A DNA stretch of 64,000 nt from Octopus vulgaris (taxonomy: Eukaryota), in NCBI GenBank assembly GCA_951406725.2, contig OX597817.1, forward strand, positions 139,314,001 to 139,378,000, read 5' to 3'. Positions 37,532 through 50,800 of this stretch are shown here, in pieces. Position 1 is the first letter of the stretch; each line of letters begins with the position of its first letter. Position numbers and translations under genes: made by a program. The notes beneath the pieces were generated by a model. The model saw only the letters and a list, made by a program, of their open reading frames with translations, made no database searches and was not told the DNA's origin.

Positions 37532-37763
37532 TGTCGGAAAACAATAACCTTTATCTTTTATTCCTTTACTGGTTTCAGTAATTAGACTGAAACCATGCTG
37601 GGGCACTGTTCTTAAAAGGGTTTGGTTTTTTTTTTGTTTGGTTTTTTCAACTGATCATATTGTCCCTATATTTATTGAAACGTTGGAGAAACTAAAGCTG
37701 TAGCTCTCACTACCCACTCATCCACAGCAGGTTTGTCGTTCCGCTATAGCATCCGGTCACAAC

Positions 37764-37921
37764 CAGTAGTGTAGCAAGAGGAGAGGGTGGTGGGGCGGTC
37801 TACCCCGGGTGGCACTTTTATAAGAGTCATTACTTTGGGGTTTGCTATATAATCATGTAAAATGAATGACGAGGAAACTTAAGGTCTACCCCGGCAAACG
37901 CACGTTCTAACTACGCCAGTG
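37764..37921. mobile_element. Short degraded hAT-like MITE
   Basis: Ends cagtagtgtag / ctacgccagtg approximate CAGTGGCGTAG TIRs; ggtctaccccgg occurs twice; no TSD recognisable. Confidence 0.45.
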
Positions 37922-38764
37922 ATGAGAAACTCTCTCCGATCCTTACTTTAAAAAGACGAATATTGCACCTAAAATCACAACAATAGTTGTGTAGTAAAGA
38001 TCTCGACAATCTTGTTTCTATATTATTTGTTGGCTGTCACTTCTAACTTTACACTTTTCTACACAAGGACCCCGAACACTTTTCCTCAAACATATCATTT
38101 TATTCTCTTTCAACATTCACTCAAATATGCCACACAACACCATCATCACATTACATCCCTACAGATAACGATATGACGTCCTTTTAAAATGCTAATAAAA
38201 CCTTACCATCTCTACGATCACACACATATTCTTTGGCATAATTCAGACAGACCCTGAACTAAATATTTGGGTCAATGCACTCGTCTCACACACCTAGAAC
38301 CCACACCGTATCAAAAAAGGACCATCTGCCTCACAGTCAGACCTCTTATTTCACTAAGTTTACAACTTGTTAGCTTATCGCCAGGCTGATTCTCCTAAAC
38401 ACACACACACACACACTTGCTGGTTATCCTTCTGTGAACTTGCTGGTTGCCAATCCATTTTTTATTTCTTTGTTTTTTTTTCTCTCTTCATCACGACCTC
38501 ACTCGCCCGGTTTCACACAAGAGTCCATACTAAACACTTTCTGTCAAGAATTGTCGTGTTCCTTAATCCTTTCCCAGTTCATACTCCCCCATGCCCCAGC
38601 TAGAGCACTTTATTGGAATATAACACTCGTGTATATGATACATATCAAACACAAAGCCACATCAAAAATTCAAATCCAAAAACTGAAGAAAACACAAACA
38701 TGAGGAAAGGAGAAGAAATAAAGAAAAATAAAACATCATCAATTGAGGCCTTAAGTGCCACAAA

Positions 38765-40700
38765 TGGTCGCATAGCATAAGGTTCAACAGAACCTACTGA
38801 AGCAAGCCAGCATGCTCAAAGGCATTACCATGGGTGATAGAGAGGTTAAAGCATTGGAAAAGCCAAGCCCCCTCACAGGCATCACATGGCACCTTGGTGA
38901 GGTAAATTGCCGACGCTGACAAGAACTTTGCCGTTAGTGGCCCAGCCCTCCAAACACCATAGGCTGGAATAAACGGTTCACTGACAAGTTCCAATACTTA
39001 AAGATTTCATTCCATTCAGCTACGACAACAGTGACATTCCCATTTACGACAGCATCCAGGAAGTGGGAGGGAGCAAAAGGTCACAGACTGTGGTGTTCCG
39101 GATGAGGCACCGACCTCTAACCGACAGAGAGTAAAACCATCTGGTCTTTTTCTATCACTTCTGGATAATCCCACCAGCTCCAAAACCGAGGGGGTATTAA
39201 CCAGAGCCAGGGCCAGCTTAATGATTAAGCTTAGCTCCATTCAATTGAGGTGGTTGGATGGAACTTACACTCGCCTCCTTATGAGAGCTCAAAATCTCTC
39301 GTGGAAGAGTCATCCAACCAAAGTACAAATATATGGGAAACTACCACCTGTATCATCTCTTGTGAAAGGTAGAAGAGTCCAGTTTGTTGGACATTGTTGT
39401 AGAGCTGAAAACGAGGTAATTTCTACTCTTCTCCTCTGGAAGCCATCTGTTTGCGATACCAGAGGGCGCACACTCTCCTACTCTGATGTAATCTCCAGGG
39501 ATACAGGCATCCAGCAACAGGACCTCCGTAATGCTATGATGGACTGTGAAGCCTGGCGTAACATAGTAAATTTCATTGTCTTGACCACAGTCGAACAATG
39601 ATGATGATTAGCTCAGTGTGATAAGTGGAACGACCAGCATTCAGGCGGCAAAAGAGACCACGAAAACTTGTGAAGTCAAGGGGCCTACCCCAGCGACATC
39701 TCAATTCCCCACAGACGTCGGCTCTGAGTGCAATGGAGATGCAGAACTCACCCAGTCTGAGCAGACCACCAATGTTGGCCAGAGGCAGGAAGTCAATCCA
39801 ATCCCTTGAGAATACTTGCAGAAAGTAGGCAACACCATGTAAAACTGATCAGATTAATCAAAGGAGAGAGTTGAAAGTAACACCTGAACACAGGTTGCCC
39901 CATACTCTCTGCTTCCCTCTATCCTCAGCTATGTCAAGAACTGACAAACCCAGCTCTATTCACTGTAACAGGGCTTCATCCATTTTCCTATTGGAACTAG
40001 TCCATGTTGGAGAGAAGAGGATGTTGGCTACCAAAGAGGAGCAAACGTGGATGGAGGAAAGAAAATAGGGAAGAGATAGAGGACGAGCACTTATGCAAAC
40101 CTAGAGCCCCGAACCATTTGGACAATGCAGCCCGGTCATAGGATTCTGGAGAGAGTCTGATATTGACCAAGGTTTCGAATTTCCTGAGGATTAGGTTGTC
40201 AAAGCACTGGAGAGACGGAGACGACAAGAATCTACACAAGGGACTAACTCTGAGAAAATACATACCAGCATTGCCTTACTGGCACCCGCGCCGGTGGCAT
40301 GTGTAAAAGATTCAAGCAAGGTTGTTGCCAGTGCTGCCTGACTGGCCCCGTGCCGGTGGCACGTAAAAGCACCCACTACACTCTCGGAGTGGTTGGCATT
40401 AGGAAGGGCATCCAGCTGTAGAAACTCTGCCAGATCAAGATTGAAGCCTGGTGCAGCCTTCTGGTTCGCCAGACCTGTCACACATCCAACCCATGCTAGC
40501 ATGGAAAGCGGACATTAAACAATGATGATGATGATGATGATGATAGGAATCAATAAGTAATTCCTAAGTATAAAAAAACCTTGGTGGGGCCCAATTGCTT
40601 CAAGGTTTTTTAATAGTTATTCAAGGTTAGCCATTCAGGATCAATTGGGGCTCAAAGACAGCATCACACTGGTGAGGGCAGAACTGCGACAGAGGAGAAA
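38765..40700 (-). mobile_element. Degraded CRE-like (restriction-like endonuclease) non-LTR element, interrupted by two later insertions
   Basis: YFLRVSP..FDNLILRKFETLVNIRL..RAAL..FGALGL; GDWIDFLPLANIG; HTELSLIIKLAL..PSVLE..GLSRSDRKRPDGFT; WLFQCFNLSITHGNA. Confidence 0.75.
39238..39607 (+). mobile_element. 5'-truncated RTE-type LINE (second family) with 7-bp TSD ttagctc
   Basis: LDGTYTRLLMRAQNLSWKSHPT..RRVQFVGHCCRAE..RGR..AMMDCEAWR; (TGA)n tail; ttagctc at 39231-39237 and 39608-39614. Confidence 0.88.
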
Positions 40701-43102
40701 GAATCTGTAAACAGGTTTATAGTCTTAATACTCTACTGCTCAAATTAACACATTAATTGATCTCACCTACAGTTCTTGAAGGCCTTAACTGGCAGAGTAT
40801 TGCCACCATTCTTCAGACTACCACAAAAATAATGCTGAGTACTTCAAATTCTTTATTTGACGTAACCCAAATCAAATCAATATTCTCTCTCTCTCTCTCT
40901 CAGGCAGAATCGTTGGATTTTACACCCTCACAGCAATTAACTTTATCAAACTCTCATAATCAAACACAAAAGGGTTTTACAAGATACAAAAAAAAACCCT
41001 ATATATTTTTCTCCTTTAACTTTATAACAAATGATTCTGGCTCCCAGAGAAACTTGTGTTACTGCTTTTCTCTATGAACCAAACCTAACCAAACCAAACT
41101 TTTATTTAGATTATTCCAACAAAAACAGAAAGGTGCCAACAATATTGACACTTCCCTTTTCGCTAAAACATTCACCCATCGAAATGTCATCGACAAACTG
41201 CAGCAAGCGGTTGGGCTGCAGTGAAAATAACTGTGTTTATATAAGGGGACAGGGGGAGAGTGATGGAAACAGTTACAAACTCTCTCACTATCTCCCCTCC
41301 TCTCTCTCTCCCTCTCCACCTCTTACTGTTGTTACTCACCAATGTCTGTTAAATCTTTTTCTTCTTTTTATTGAATTCTTTGACATGGAAGCAAAAAAAA
41401 AAAAAAATAGGGACTTCTTCATTCAAACCGTTCTGTTCAGTCCCTAAAACCATTTTCTACAGATATGCAAAAAATTTTTCTTTATTTAGGAAAAAGATGT
41501 GATTGAGTGGCATTCATGCTGTTTTCAATAAACCACTGCAATCCCTCTCAAAGACAGATGAAACTGACTGAATTAATTAAAACCTGGAGGGGGGAGGGCG
41601 TTATCAGCCGTTATTGTCAGGATTATGAGATAAGCTAATTCAAAAGCCCAGTCTTCAGTGAAACCAAAAACAATAGTCATCAATAAGTTATTGTTTAACC
41701 CCAGGTCAGCCTGTCTGAGCAATCCAGCCTTGGCTAACTGGTCGATTAAAGGTAACCAAAGATTATATGACCGCCCTTCCCTTCTATAAAAGGGGGAATA
41801 GTAATATGAGAAAGATTTGACTGCTATTTCTTGCAGGCTGAAGAACCATGTAGAGGCTCCCTCATCAGTACATATGTTGTTGTTTTAACCCCAGGTAAAA
41901 TCTTCAACAGGCCTGTGATCAACAGTATTCCATCCATGGCCAACCTATGATGATCCACTCAGCTGTTTCAAAGATGACAAGGAATGATTAATTAAAGATG
42001 TCATCAATAGGTGATCGACCCCCATTCATCATCATCATCTGTCAGTAAAAATCAAATGAAATATTGGTTTCAAATTTTTGCACAATGCCGGTGGAGTAAT
42101 TTTGAGGGAGAGGGGGTAAGTGGATTACGTCAGCAACCAGTGTCTGTCTAGTCCTTATTATCAAGCCCGAAAGGGACGACAGGCAAAGTTGACCCACCAG
42201 CCCTACCACAACAAAGAGGTTCACACGAGTGAAAATGTGGCAACTAAACAAGGACAGAAACCTCAATCCTGTAGGTGAAGGTGAAAGAGTTACTTGTGGA
42301 ACAGAGACTTTAAGCTTCTTGATTTTGTTTAATCCCAGGTCAGCCTTCACTTAGCTGACCTATAATCAAAGACTTTCTGCTAGTGATCAACCTACATTTA
42401 TTTATGGTATAATCTATCTTAGACAACATAATCCTAGACAAATGGAAGAGCCTTGCATCATCATCATCATCGTTTAACGTCCGTTTTTTCATGCTGGCAT
42501 GGGTTGGACGGTTTGAGAGGAGATGGTCAGCTGGAGAGCTGCACCAGACTCCAATTGGCTATTTTGACATGGTTTCTATTGCTGGATGCCTTTCCTAACA
42601 CCAAAGACCTTACAAACTGTTCTGGGTACTTATTATATGACACCAGCACTGAGAAGAAAAACTTCGATCAACTGATTATCCAAGTAATTAGTAGGCAAAA
42701 ACGTCCACAATAGAAATTGAAATTCTAAAACCAAGGGAGATAATAACTCCTGTGAAATATGGTTGGATCTTTTTCTGATAATGCAGAATGGAGTGGGTCT
42801 GGTGTTTCAATCAACAGACATGTTCCAGTCTTATTACACCTCCTCAAAATACTGCACTCGTGACAACATGACCAACTGTGATCGATGTGTATCACAGTCT
42901 TCAATGGCCAAAACTTCAAACTCACTGTCAATAATATTCTTGTATAAGAAAAATAAATCTGTTTTTTACAAAAGTACAAAGTAACCCATCGGATTAAGTG
43001 AAATTAATTTTATCAGAACTGAACAAAAAGAAACAAACATTAATACATACAGACACACACACATAACAAAAAGGCCATAAATAATGTGTTTTACACATTT
43101 AT

Positions 43103-43770
43103 ATCATCATCATCATCGTTTAACGTCCGCTTTCGGTGCTAGCATGGATTGGACGATTTGACTGAGGTCTGGCGAACTAGACCCCAATCTGATCTGGCAG
43201 AGTTTCTACAGCTGGATGCCCTTCCTAATGCCAACCACTCCGAGAGTGTAGTGGGTGCTTTTACGTGCCACCGGCACGAGGGCCAGTTTGGTGGTACTGG
43301 CAACAGCCTCGCCCAAATAGTGTTTTTTATGTGCCACCTGCATAGGAGCCAGTCCAGTGACACTGGCGACGACCTCGCTCGAATGTTTCACGTGCCACCC
43401 GCACAAGTGCTAGTAAGGCAACACGGTAATGATCACGCTCGAATGGTGTGTTTAATGTGCCATCGGCACGAAGGCCAGCTTGTTGCTCTGGCAACGATCT
43501 CACTCGTATGGTACCCTTAGTGCTCTACTAGCAACGGATGCCAGTCACTGAATTTGATTCTGACTTCGATTTCACTTGCCTCAACTGGTCTTCACAAGCA
43601 GAGTTTAGTGTCCAATGAAGGAAAGGCATGCATAAGTGGACTGGTTACACCCCAGGCATAGGCCACAAGGTTATGGTCTCACTTGCGCTTGCCGAGTCTT
43701 CTGCAGCACAGCATATTTCCAGAGGTCCTGGTCACTAGTCATTGCCTCGGTGAGGCTCAATGTTTGAAGG
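43103..43770 (-). mobile_element. 5'-truncated RTE copy: last codons, full 3' UTR and tail
   Basis: Minus strand encodes LTEAMTSDQDLWKYAVLQKTRQ (cf. 60460-60530), then the same 3' UTR and a (ATG)n end. Confidence 0.9.
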
Positions 43771-44197
43771 CCATTATTTATGTCTTTTTTCTGTCATTCT
43801 GTGAAAATATTAACTTGGTAATGCAAAAATGGATTTCCAAAGTTGGCTGGTGATGGACTTCAACACTGGATCTTGCCTTAGGATTACCTGGAGTTCTATA
43901 CAAATCAAAAGAATCCTTTTGCTAGCCTGGTGTCTTTGTATCAGAAGAAAGCTTAAGAAGTATTTTGCCTAGATTATTAATACCTTATTAATAACACTTT
44001 ATTCAAATAACACACACACATACATACTCTTTTTTTATTCTCTCTCTGTTTACTTCCTTGTGTTCCTCTCTGTTGAAGAGTGTAGGCTCGGAAAATAAAA
44101 GACTCTCTCACCTTCCTGAGCATTAAACTGATACACCTGTTTGTTGTTTATACACTTATCTTCATCTTTTGTTCTTTTATAAATATATCTTTATATA

Positions 44198-44710
44198 TCT
44201 ATATATATAAAACTGTAGTTGTGTGAGTGTCTGTCCCCTTCGATTTAGATTCCTAACTACTCCCACATTTTGCGGTGCAGTTTAACCAAATTCGGGTATC
44301 TTATAGTCGTGATTCATATCGAGCCCATCTGAGTATTAGCGTGCGTCTACGATGAGTCTACGATTTTAAAAATAATTTAACATAATTTTTTATTCCATTT
44401 TAATGCATAATTTTTCGTGTGTCGATGGCGGCGGAGTTGGCGTCCATTGTCACACCTGCACCTGTTTGCTTCTCCCCCTTCTTCCCTCCTTCGTGAAGCT
44501 GTGGGAAAGGGAGTGTAAAGAAATCAACATCGTAAAGCGCTGTCAAGGAGACCAGCGTTCTTTTAGAACAACGACTTCATGGCTTGAAGACACCAAAACA
44601 GAAATGGCTAAGAAAGCCCGAATTGGCATCTATAAGGGAAGTAACTCTCTAAAAATGCTTATATAGTTATTTCCCTTACAAACCCGAGCAACGCCGGGCG
44701 ATACTGCTAG
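44198..44710 (+). mobile_element. Non-autonomous Helitron, copy 1
   Basis: A|TCTATATATATAAAA start; 3' hairpin cccgagcaacgccggg then atactgCTAG|T. Confidence 0.85.
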
Positions 44711-45100
44711 TTATATATAAAAGAAAGGTTGTGTGTTTGTCTACTCCGATTTAGATTCTTAACTACTCCCACATTTTGCGGTGCAGTTTAACCAAAACCG
44801 GGTATCTTATAGTCGTGATTCATATCAAGCCCTTCTGGGTATTAGCGCACATCTACGAAGAGTCTACGATTTTAAAAATAATTTACCATCATTTTTTCCA
44901 TTTTAATGCATATTTTTTTTAATATAAGGGAAGTAACTCTCTAAAAATGTTTACGATGAGTCAACGATTTAAAAAAAAATTTACCATAATTTTTTTTCCA
45001 TTTTTAATGCATTTTTTGCTATTTTTTGGCTATAACTCTCTAAAAATGCTTTATAGTTATTTCCCTTACAAACCCAAGCAACGCCGGGCGATACTGCTAG
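44711..45100 (+). mobile_element. Non-autonomous Helitron, copy 2 (head-to-tail with copy 1)
   Basis: Shares cgatttagattc.taactactcccacattttgcggtgcag and the 3' end acccaagcaacgccgggcgatactgCTAG|T. Confidence 0.85.
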
Positions 45101-45414
45101 TATATATATACACACACAGTGTCAAAACCATAATGATATCCATGGGACAGCTGATGATGGAGGTATGTTGGATTGTTGATATTGCTGTTTGTGTATATGG
45201 AATAGTGTTATAACATCCTTTTGATATATATATTTATATACATACTACACTCTCGGAGTGGTTGGCATTAGGAAGGGCATCCAGCTGTAGAAACTCTGCC
45301 AGATCAGATTGGAGTCTGGTGCAGCCATCTGATTCGCCAGACCTCAGTCAAATCGTCCAACCCATGCTAACATGGAAAGCAGACATTAAACGATGATGAT
45401 GATGACATACACAC

Positions 45415-46555
45415 ATCATCATCATTTAATGTTTGTTTTCAATGCTGGCATGGGTCAGATGGTTTGATTGGAACTGGTAAGCTGCATCAGGATCCAGTCT
45501 GTTTAGGCTTGCTTTCTTATGGCTGGATGCCCTTCCTAACACCAACCACTCTACAATATACAGGATGTCTTTTACATGTCACCGGTGTGGATGCCTCATA
45601 GGTGTCACTTAGCAAAGCTGCTTTTCACATGCTGCCAATACTGGCCACACCTAAAATTTCATTAAGCACCTTGACATGTCTTCTCAAGCACAACAAATCA
45701 CCAGAAGTCTTGGTCACATGTCACCACTTCCATGAAACTCAACATCTGACAATTGTATTTCGCCATCTCGTCCCAAATCTTTTCTGAGTCTACCTCTTCC
45801 ACAGGTTACCTCCACAGTTTGAGATCAGATCTTCTTTACACAGCTGTGCTTGTCTCTATGCATCACATAGCCATACCAGCACTGTCTTCTCTCTTGCACA
45901 TTACATCTGATAGCTCTTATACCTAATTTTTCTAAGACACTTACAATCTGCCATACATGAACACTGACATTACCCACCCAGCAGAGCACACTGGCTTCAT
46001 TTCTTTCAAGCATTCACACGTCCTCTGCAGTCACAGCCCATGTTTCACTGCCATATAGCATGGCTGTTTGCACACAGGCATAATGCAATCTGCCTTTCAC
46101 TCTGAGAGAGAGGCCCTTCGTTGCTAACAAAGGTAGAAGCTCTCTGATTTTTGCCCAGTCTATTCTTATTCTAGCAGCTACGCTCTCAAAGCATCCTCCT
46201 CCACTGCTGACTTGGTCATCTAGGTAACAGAAGCTATTTACGACTTCTAAGTATCCCCATCGCCACGCTGGGCATTTGACAAAGTCTATTCTCAGTACAT
46301 TCTTAGTGTTTACTGGACCTGCACATCTACCACACACAAAGACTATTTCTCTGTTAACCTTCGTCTGATACTGCTGCACCTATGGAGTTTCTACATATCA
46401 AGCAGGGTCATCTCCCTGAAAGGACTTGTAATTTGTCTGTTTTCCTACTTACTAAAACTTTGGTCTTTGCTAGACTAACTCTAAAGCCCTTTGATTCTAG
46501 ACCTTGCTTCCACACCTGAAACCTCTTCTCTAGTTCTGATAGTGTTTCAGCTACA
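45415..46555 (-). mobile_element. Degraded copy of the same RTE family (RT C-terminus plus 3' tail)
   Basis: IVFVCGRC, SFCYLDDQVSSGGGCFESVAARIR, ELLPLLATKGLSLRVKGRL, YGSETWAVTAED; frameshifted. Confidence 0.92.
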
Positions 46556-47771
46556 ATATATATATATGTGTGTAGAGAGGGGGGAGGGGGAGAGGGAACT
46601 AAAAACTACATGGTAAGCAATTTCTTAACCACAGAGTCATGCTTGTATACTCAATATACAAATCTCCACAAACATGATATGGTAAATAGCTAGGAGCTTT
46701 CCTCCACTAATTACTAAGATAACAATCTCACTTTAACGAAGTTTCTCAACTCACTATATTTTTATTATTATTATTATATATGTGAGGCTCTATCATATTT
46801 CAATTTAATACATGAAACTCTCACCCATAGTATTGATACTCATAATCAGTGACATTCTGAGTCATGCTGAGTAGAATGTTTTGCAAAGGAACTCTGATAA
46901 CACGGAGACGTATCATATACCTTCAGCAGTTGGTTTCAAAAACAAGATCCGCATCAATCGACATTATGTCGTCCAAAATTCTCATCAACTGAACTTATTG
47001 TAGTTACCTCCCTTCTTGCTTGTTTTTGAGATTTTAAACACCTCTTCAGTGACATTTTAAGTACTAATTAATTAGGTAATTGTAACTAATTAAAAGATTT
47101 CCAATAAGCCAAATTACACGTGAGACCTTCGTTTGTATTTGAAAAGAGTTTCTCTGAAGCATTTTTACGTCAGTCGTTGCTGCTACTCAAGACACTCTGT
47201 CATCGTGTTTAAGACGGTAGACTATAATTTGAAGGGGATTCAGCTGTTATTTCTAGCAGCTCGCGTGACAATATGGAACCACCACCCTTGTTAACTGGAG
47301 ATTCTTTAATGCTGTCACGTTATGCGAAACCAAAACAATTCCTGGATATTTTTACAGCTGCAATTAAAGACGATGCCTACATGAAATTTGAAGAGTAATT
47401 CCCATTTGATACGAAAGGCATTAACACCACAAACCATCATTTCTTGCTTGTCTTCTCGGTACCAATGTAAGACACCGGCTCCATCGGGTCAGAGGTGAGC
47501 TATTGTTAATTGATGGCACCGACACCCCTTCACTGAGTTGCAATTGCTCCCGAGAAAACATGATTATCACAAAATTTTCTTTAGTCTCCAAAAAAGTTTT
47601 AAATTTCATGTTTCTGTAAGAATCACATGACAGAATGTTTGCTTTATATAGTAAATAACTGAGGGACTGACACGACATGTAATTTAGGGTGACATGCTGT
47701 TCTAAGTTTAAAACCGATAGCAATAGAGTTTAATCATCTAAACTTTGATAACAACCAAATAGATTACAAAC

Positions 47772-47805
<34 letters not shown>

Positions 47806-50800
47806 TCACTCCCAACAAATGGTGTTTATGAAAAATATTTGAATTATGGAGGAGCCGAAAAGTTGCGATCGTCTCATTCGTTTTGCATCTTTGGAAGGAA
47901 AACAGCTGGACGCCTGGGTTCCATTTCTCATCCTCCCTAAACCCGAGGACATGTATTTATCTAAGAAATTATTATAATTTAATTATTATCACCATTTCCC
48001 AGACGGCAGCAGGCGCCAATATGTAGCCCGAAGCAATGCTGGCTTATAAACTGGAAGAGTTTTCTCCTCATTAAGTTGCTTTATTAATTATAGTTGTGAA
48101 TAAAGTTTTGCTCCATGCAACGTTTCAACATACAAATGACAAAAGTAAATTTAGCAACGATTTAATTATTGCATTGTAATGTTGAGTTTGTTGTTAAAAC
48201 AATTATTAAAATGTGGCGGGAGACCTAGTAAACAAGAGCACATGTCTTCGTAGGGTGGATTAATTAAACAACAGCAATAAACATTATATTTGTAGCTAAT
48301 TAAAACAGAGACAAACAGAAATAATAAATGAACCTATATATTATCTTTAGGGGTTGAAATAAACATGAAGGTTGGAAGAAGAGAATAATAATAATTGTTT
48401 CTATAATAATAATTATCCTCATTATTTCTACAATAATAATAGTAATAACCATGCATCTGCTTACCTTGCAAGACAGTAGACTAAATGTGAGGGCCTGAAA
48501 TAATATATGTAGGTTGCAGCAAAAGAAAAAAACCCTTTGAATTATACAACTGCACCGACAGCAACGTCGATGAGGGAGGAGGGAAAAAAAGGGGGTTAAA
48601 GTGTATAAAAGAAAAGGGAGCAGTTCTCAAAAGAAGAATAACAAGGATGGATGTTAGAGGAGATGGTGACGACGAAGGCAGCAAGTGACGTTTACATTTC
48701 TACAGAAATGATTTCTCCCTTTTCCAGACACAGACTTCCGGGATTTTGACCAAAATTAGAACGGTTCCAGATCTGGGAGATTTCTCTCTAAACAAACATC
48801 CTCACTTTCCACCAAATTCCCTGCTAGAATTAGTTTTATAGACGTCTTTTTGAAAGACAAACCTATCAGAAATGTCGTTTCCCGTTGCCTTGTGTGCTGC
48901 AGGGGAAAATAACGGCATTAAGTGAATGTATCTAGGCCAGAGTAATTTGTCAACTGTGAACTATACCAGGCTGTCATATATTTTAAATACCTCTTTTCTG
49001 CCTGAGACTGCTGCACAGGAGGTTGTTTAACCCCAGGTCAGCTATGATCGAGTAAGCCTTTGATCAGAGTCGTTCCAGCCATGACCATCCTATTATTTTT
49101 TTCCCCGTGCATAGGGAATCCAAGATCATTTTATACTGTCTTTTTTCTAAGATTGTAGGATGTGATTTGAGTGAAATTTAGCTGCTATTTCTAATATCCC
49201 CAGCGACCATGTAGAGACTCCCTCGTTAGCTTTCGATGTATATTTGTTTAATCTTCTGTCAACCCAATAAAGCGGAGCTACTATCAAAGGCTTTCCAGCT
49301 GTGACTATCCCATCTTATTTACGAAAATTGTCTATCTTGGACAACAGTATCTAACGTAGTCGTTTTTTTTGTTTTTGTTTTTTAACTACAGTGCGTATTC
49401 CTGTAGAATAGAGTCGGAAATTATCTAGTACTCCCAAAACAGTAATTTTTATGCGTATGTTTTAAGCACTGTAGAGCAAGATTCTGCAAAGAAAATAGGG
49501 GTCCTCCGCCCTCTTTTCCCGTAATTTTTCGGTTTTCACCTTTTTTTTTCCGAAATTTTGTTCAAGCTTTATATTTTAAAAAGTTACGTTTTTTTTTTTA
49601 ACTTATAATCCCAGATGTTTAAAATATAGATCAGAAATTGCAAATGAAAGGGAAAATAGAAAAATTACTGAAAATGAGGGGAAACGAAAATCGCTCCCGT
49701 GCTTCTATGGGGTACATTAGATAAGAGGGAGACTTGGCTATCGTTTCTAGCAAATGTAGAGACCACGTAGAGGTTCCACCGTGGGGAATGCTTTATGTAC
49801 ATGTTGGCTCCTTTAGTCTCGGTGAGCCCTGATTGAATAGATCTAGGTTGAAATATTTTCCATTTGGGACTAACGTGTCATGTTTTCAGGAAAACTGTAT
49901 TTTGGACTACGTTAGTCTGTGCTCTAAGAGCAATTTGGTTGCTATTTCTAGCAGATCTAGCCAACTTTCTGGTTTATAAATTTTTTGAGTAAATGCTAGT
50001 TTGTTTTAATAGACACACATGCTCATTATTGCGTAATTAATAAATTTGTTGAAAGTTTTATCTACGAGATGGTCTTGTATTTCAGCTCAGATTTAGTTAT
50101 TAAAAAGGTGGCGAGATGGCTGAAACATTAGCACGGGCGAAATGCTTAGCGGTATTTCGTCTGCGTTACGTTCTGAGTTCAAATTCCGCCGAGGTCGACT
50201 TTGCCTTTCATCCTTTCGGGATCGATAAATTAAGTACCAGTTACGCACTGGAGTCGATGTAATTGACTTAATCCGTTTGACTGTTCTTGTTTGTCCCCCT
50301 TCTGTGTTTAGCCCCTTGTGGGTAATAAAGAAATAGGTATTTCGTCTGTCGTTACGTTCTGAGTTCAAATTCTGCCAAGGTCGACTTTGCCTTTCATCCT
50401 TTCGGAGTCAATAAATTAAGTACTAGTGAAACGCTGGGATCGATGTAATCGACAAGTCCCCCTACCCTAAATTTCAGCTCTTGTACCTAAAGTAGGAAAA
50501 AAGATTATATAGCAGCAAATTATCTCAAGATTCAAATTTTATTTCACTGAACTTGTTAATATAAAAAAATTAAATGTGAGAATTATACCAAAGTTGCGTT
50601 TCACGTAAATTTCTTCTGCACCCAAACACACTAGTTTCTATTTATTTTTTAGTTATACATTTTTGCACCCGGCCCTAAAAACACTGCTACAGCTCTCTGC
50701 TGGGGCCATATGGCTCCCAGTTGTTGATCTTTCTACTAGGCCATTCAAATGCCCTAAAAACTAAGCTTGCAGCACGATAAGAAATAAAGGTTATACGTCG

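Noticed and set aside
49395-49714. Possible MITE (gtattcctgtagaa / ttctatggggtac ends)
   Set aside because: TIR match is short and imperfect and no TSD is visible.
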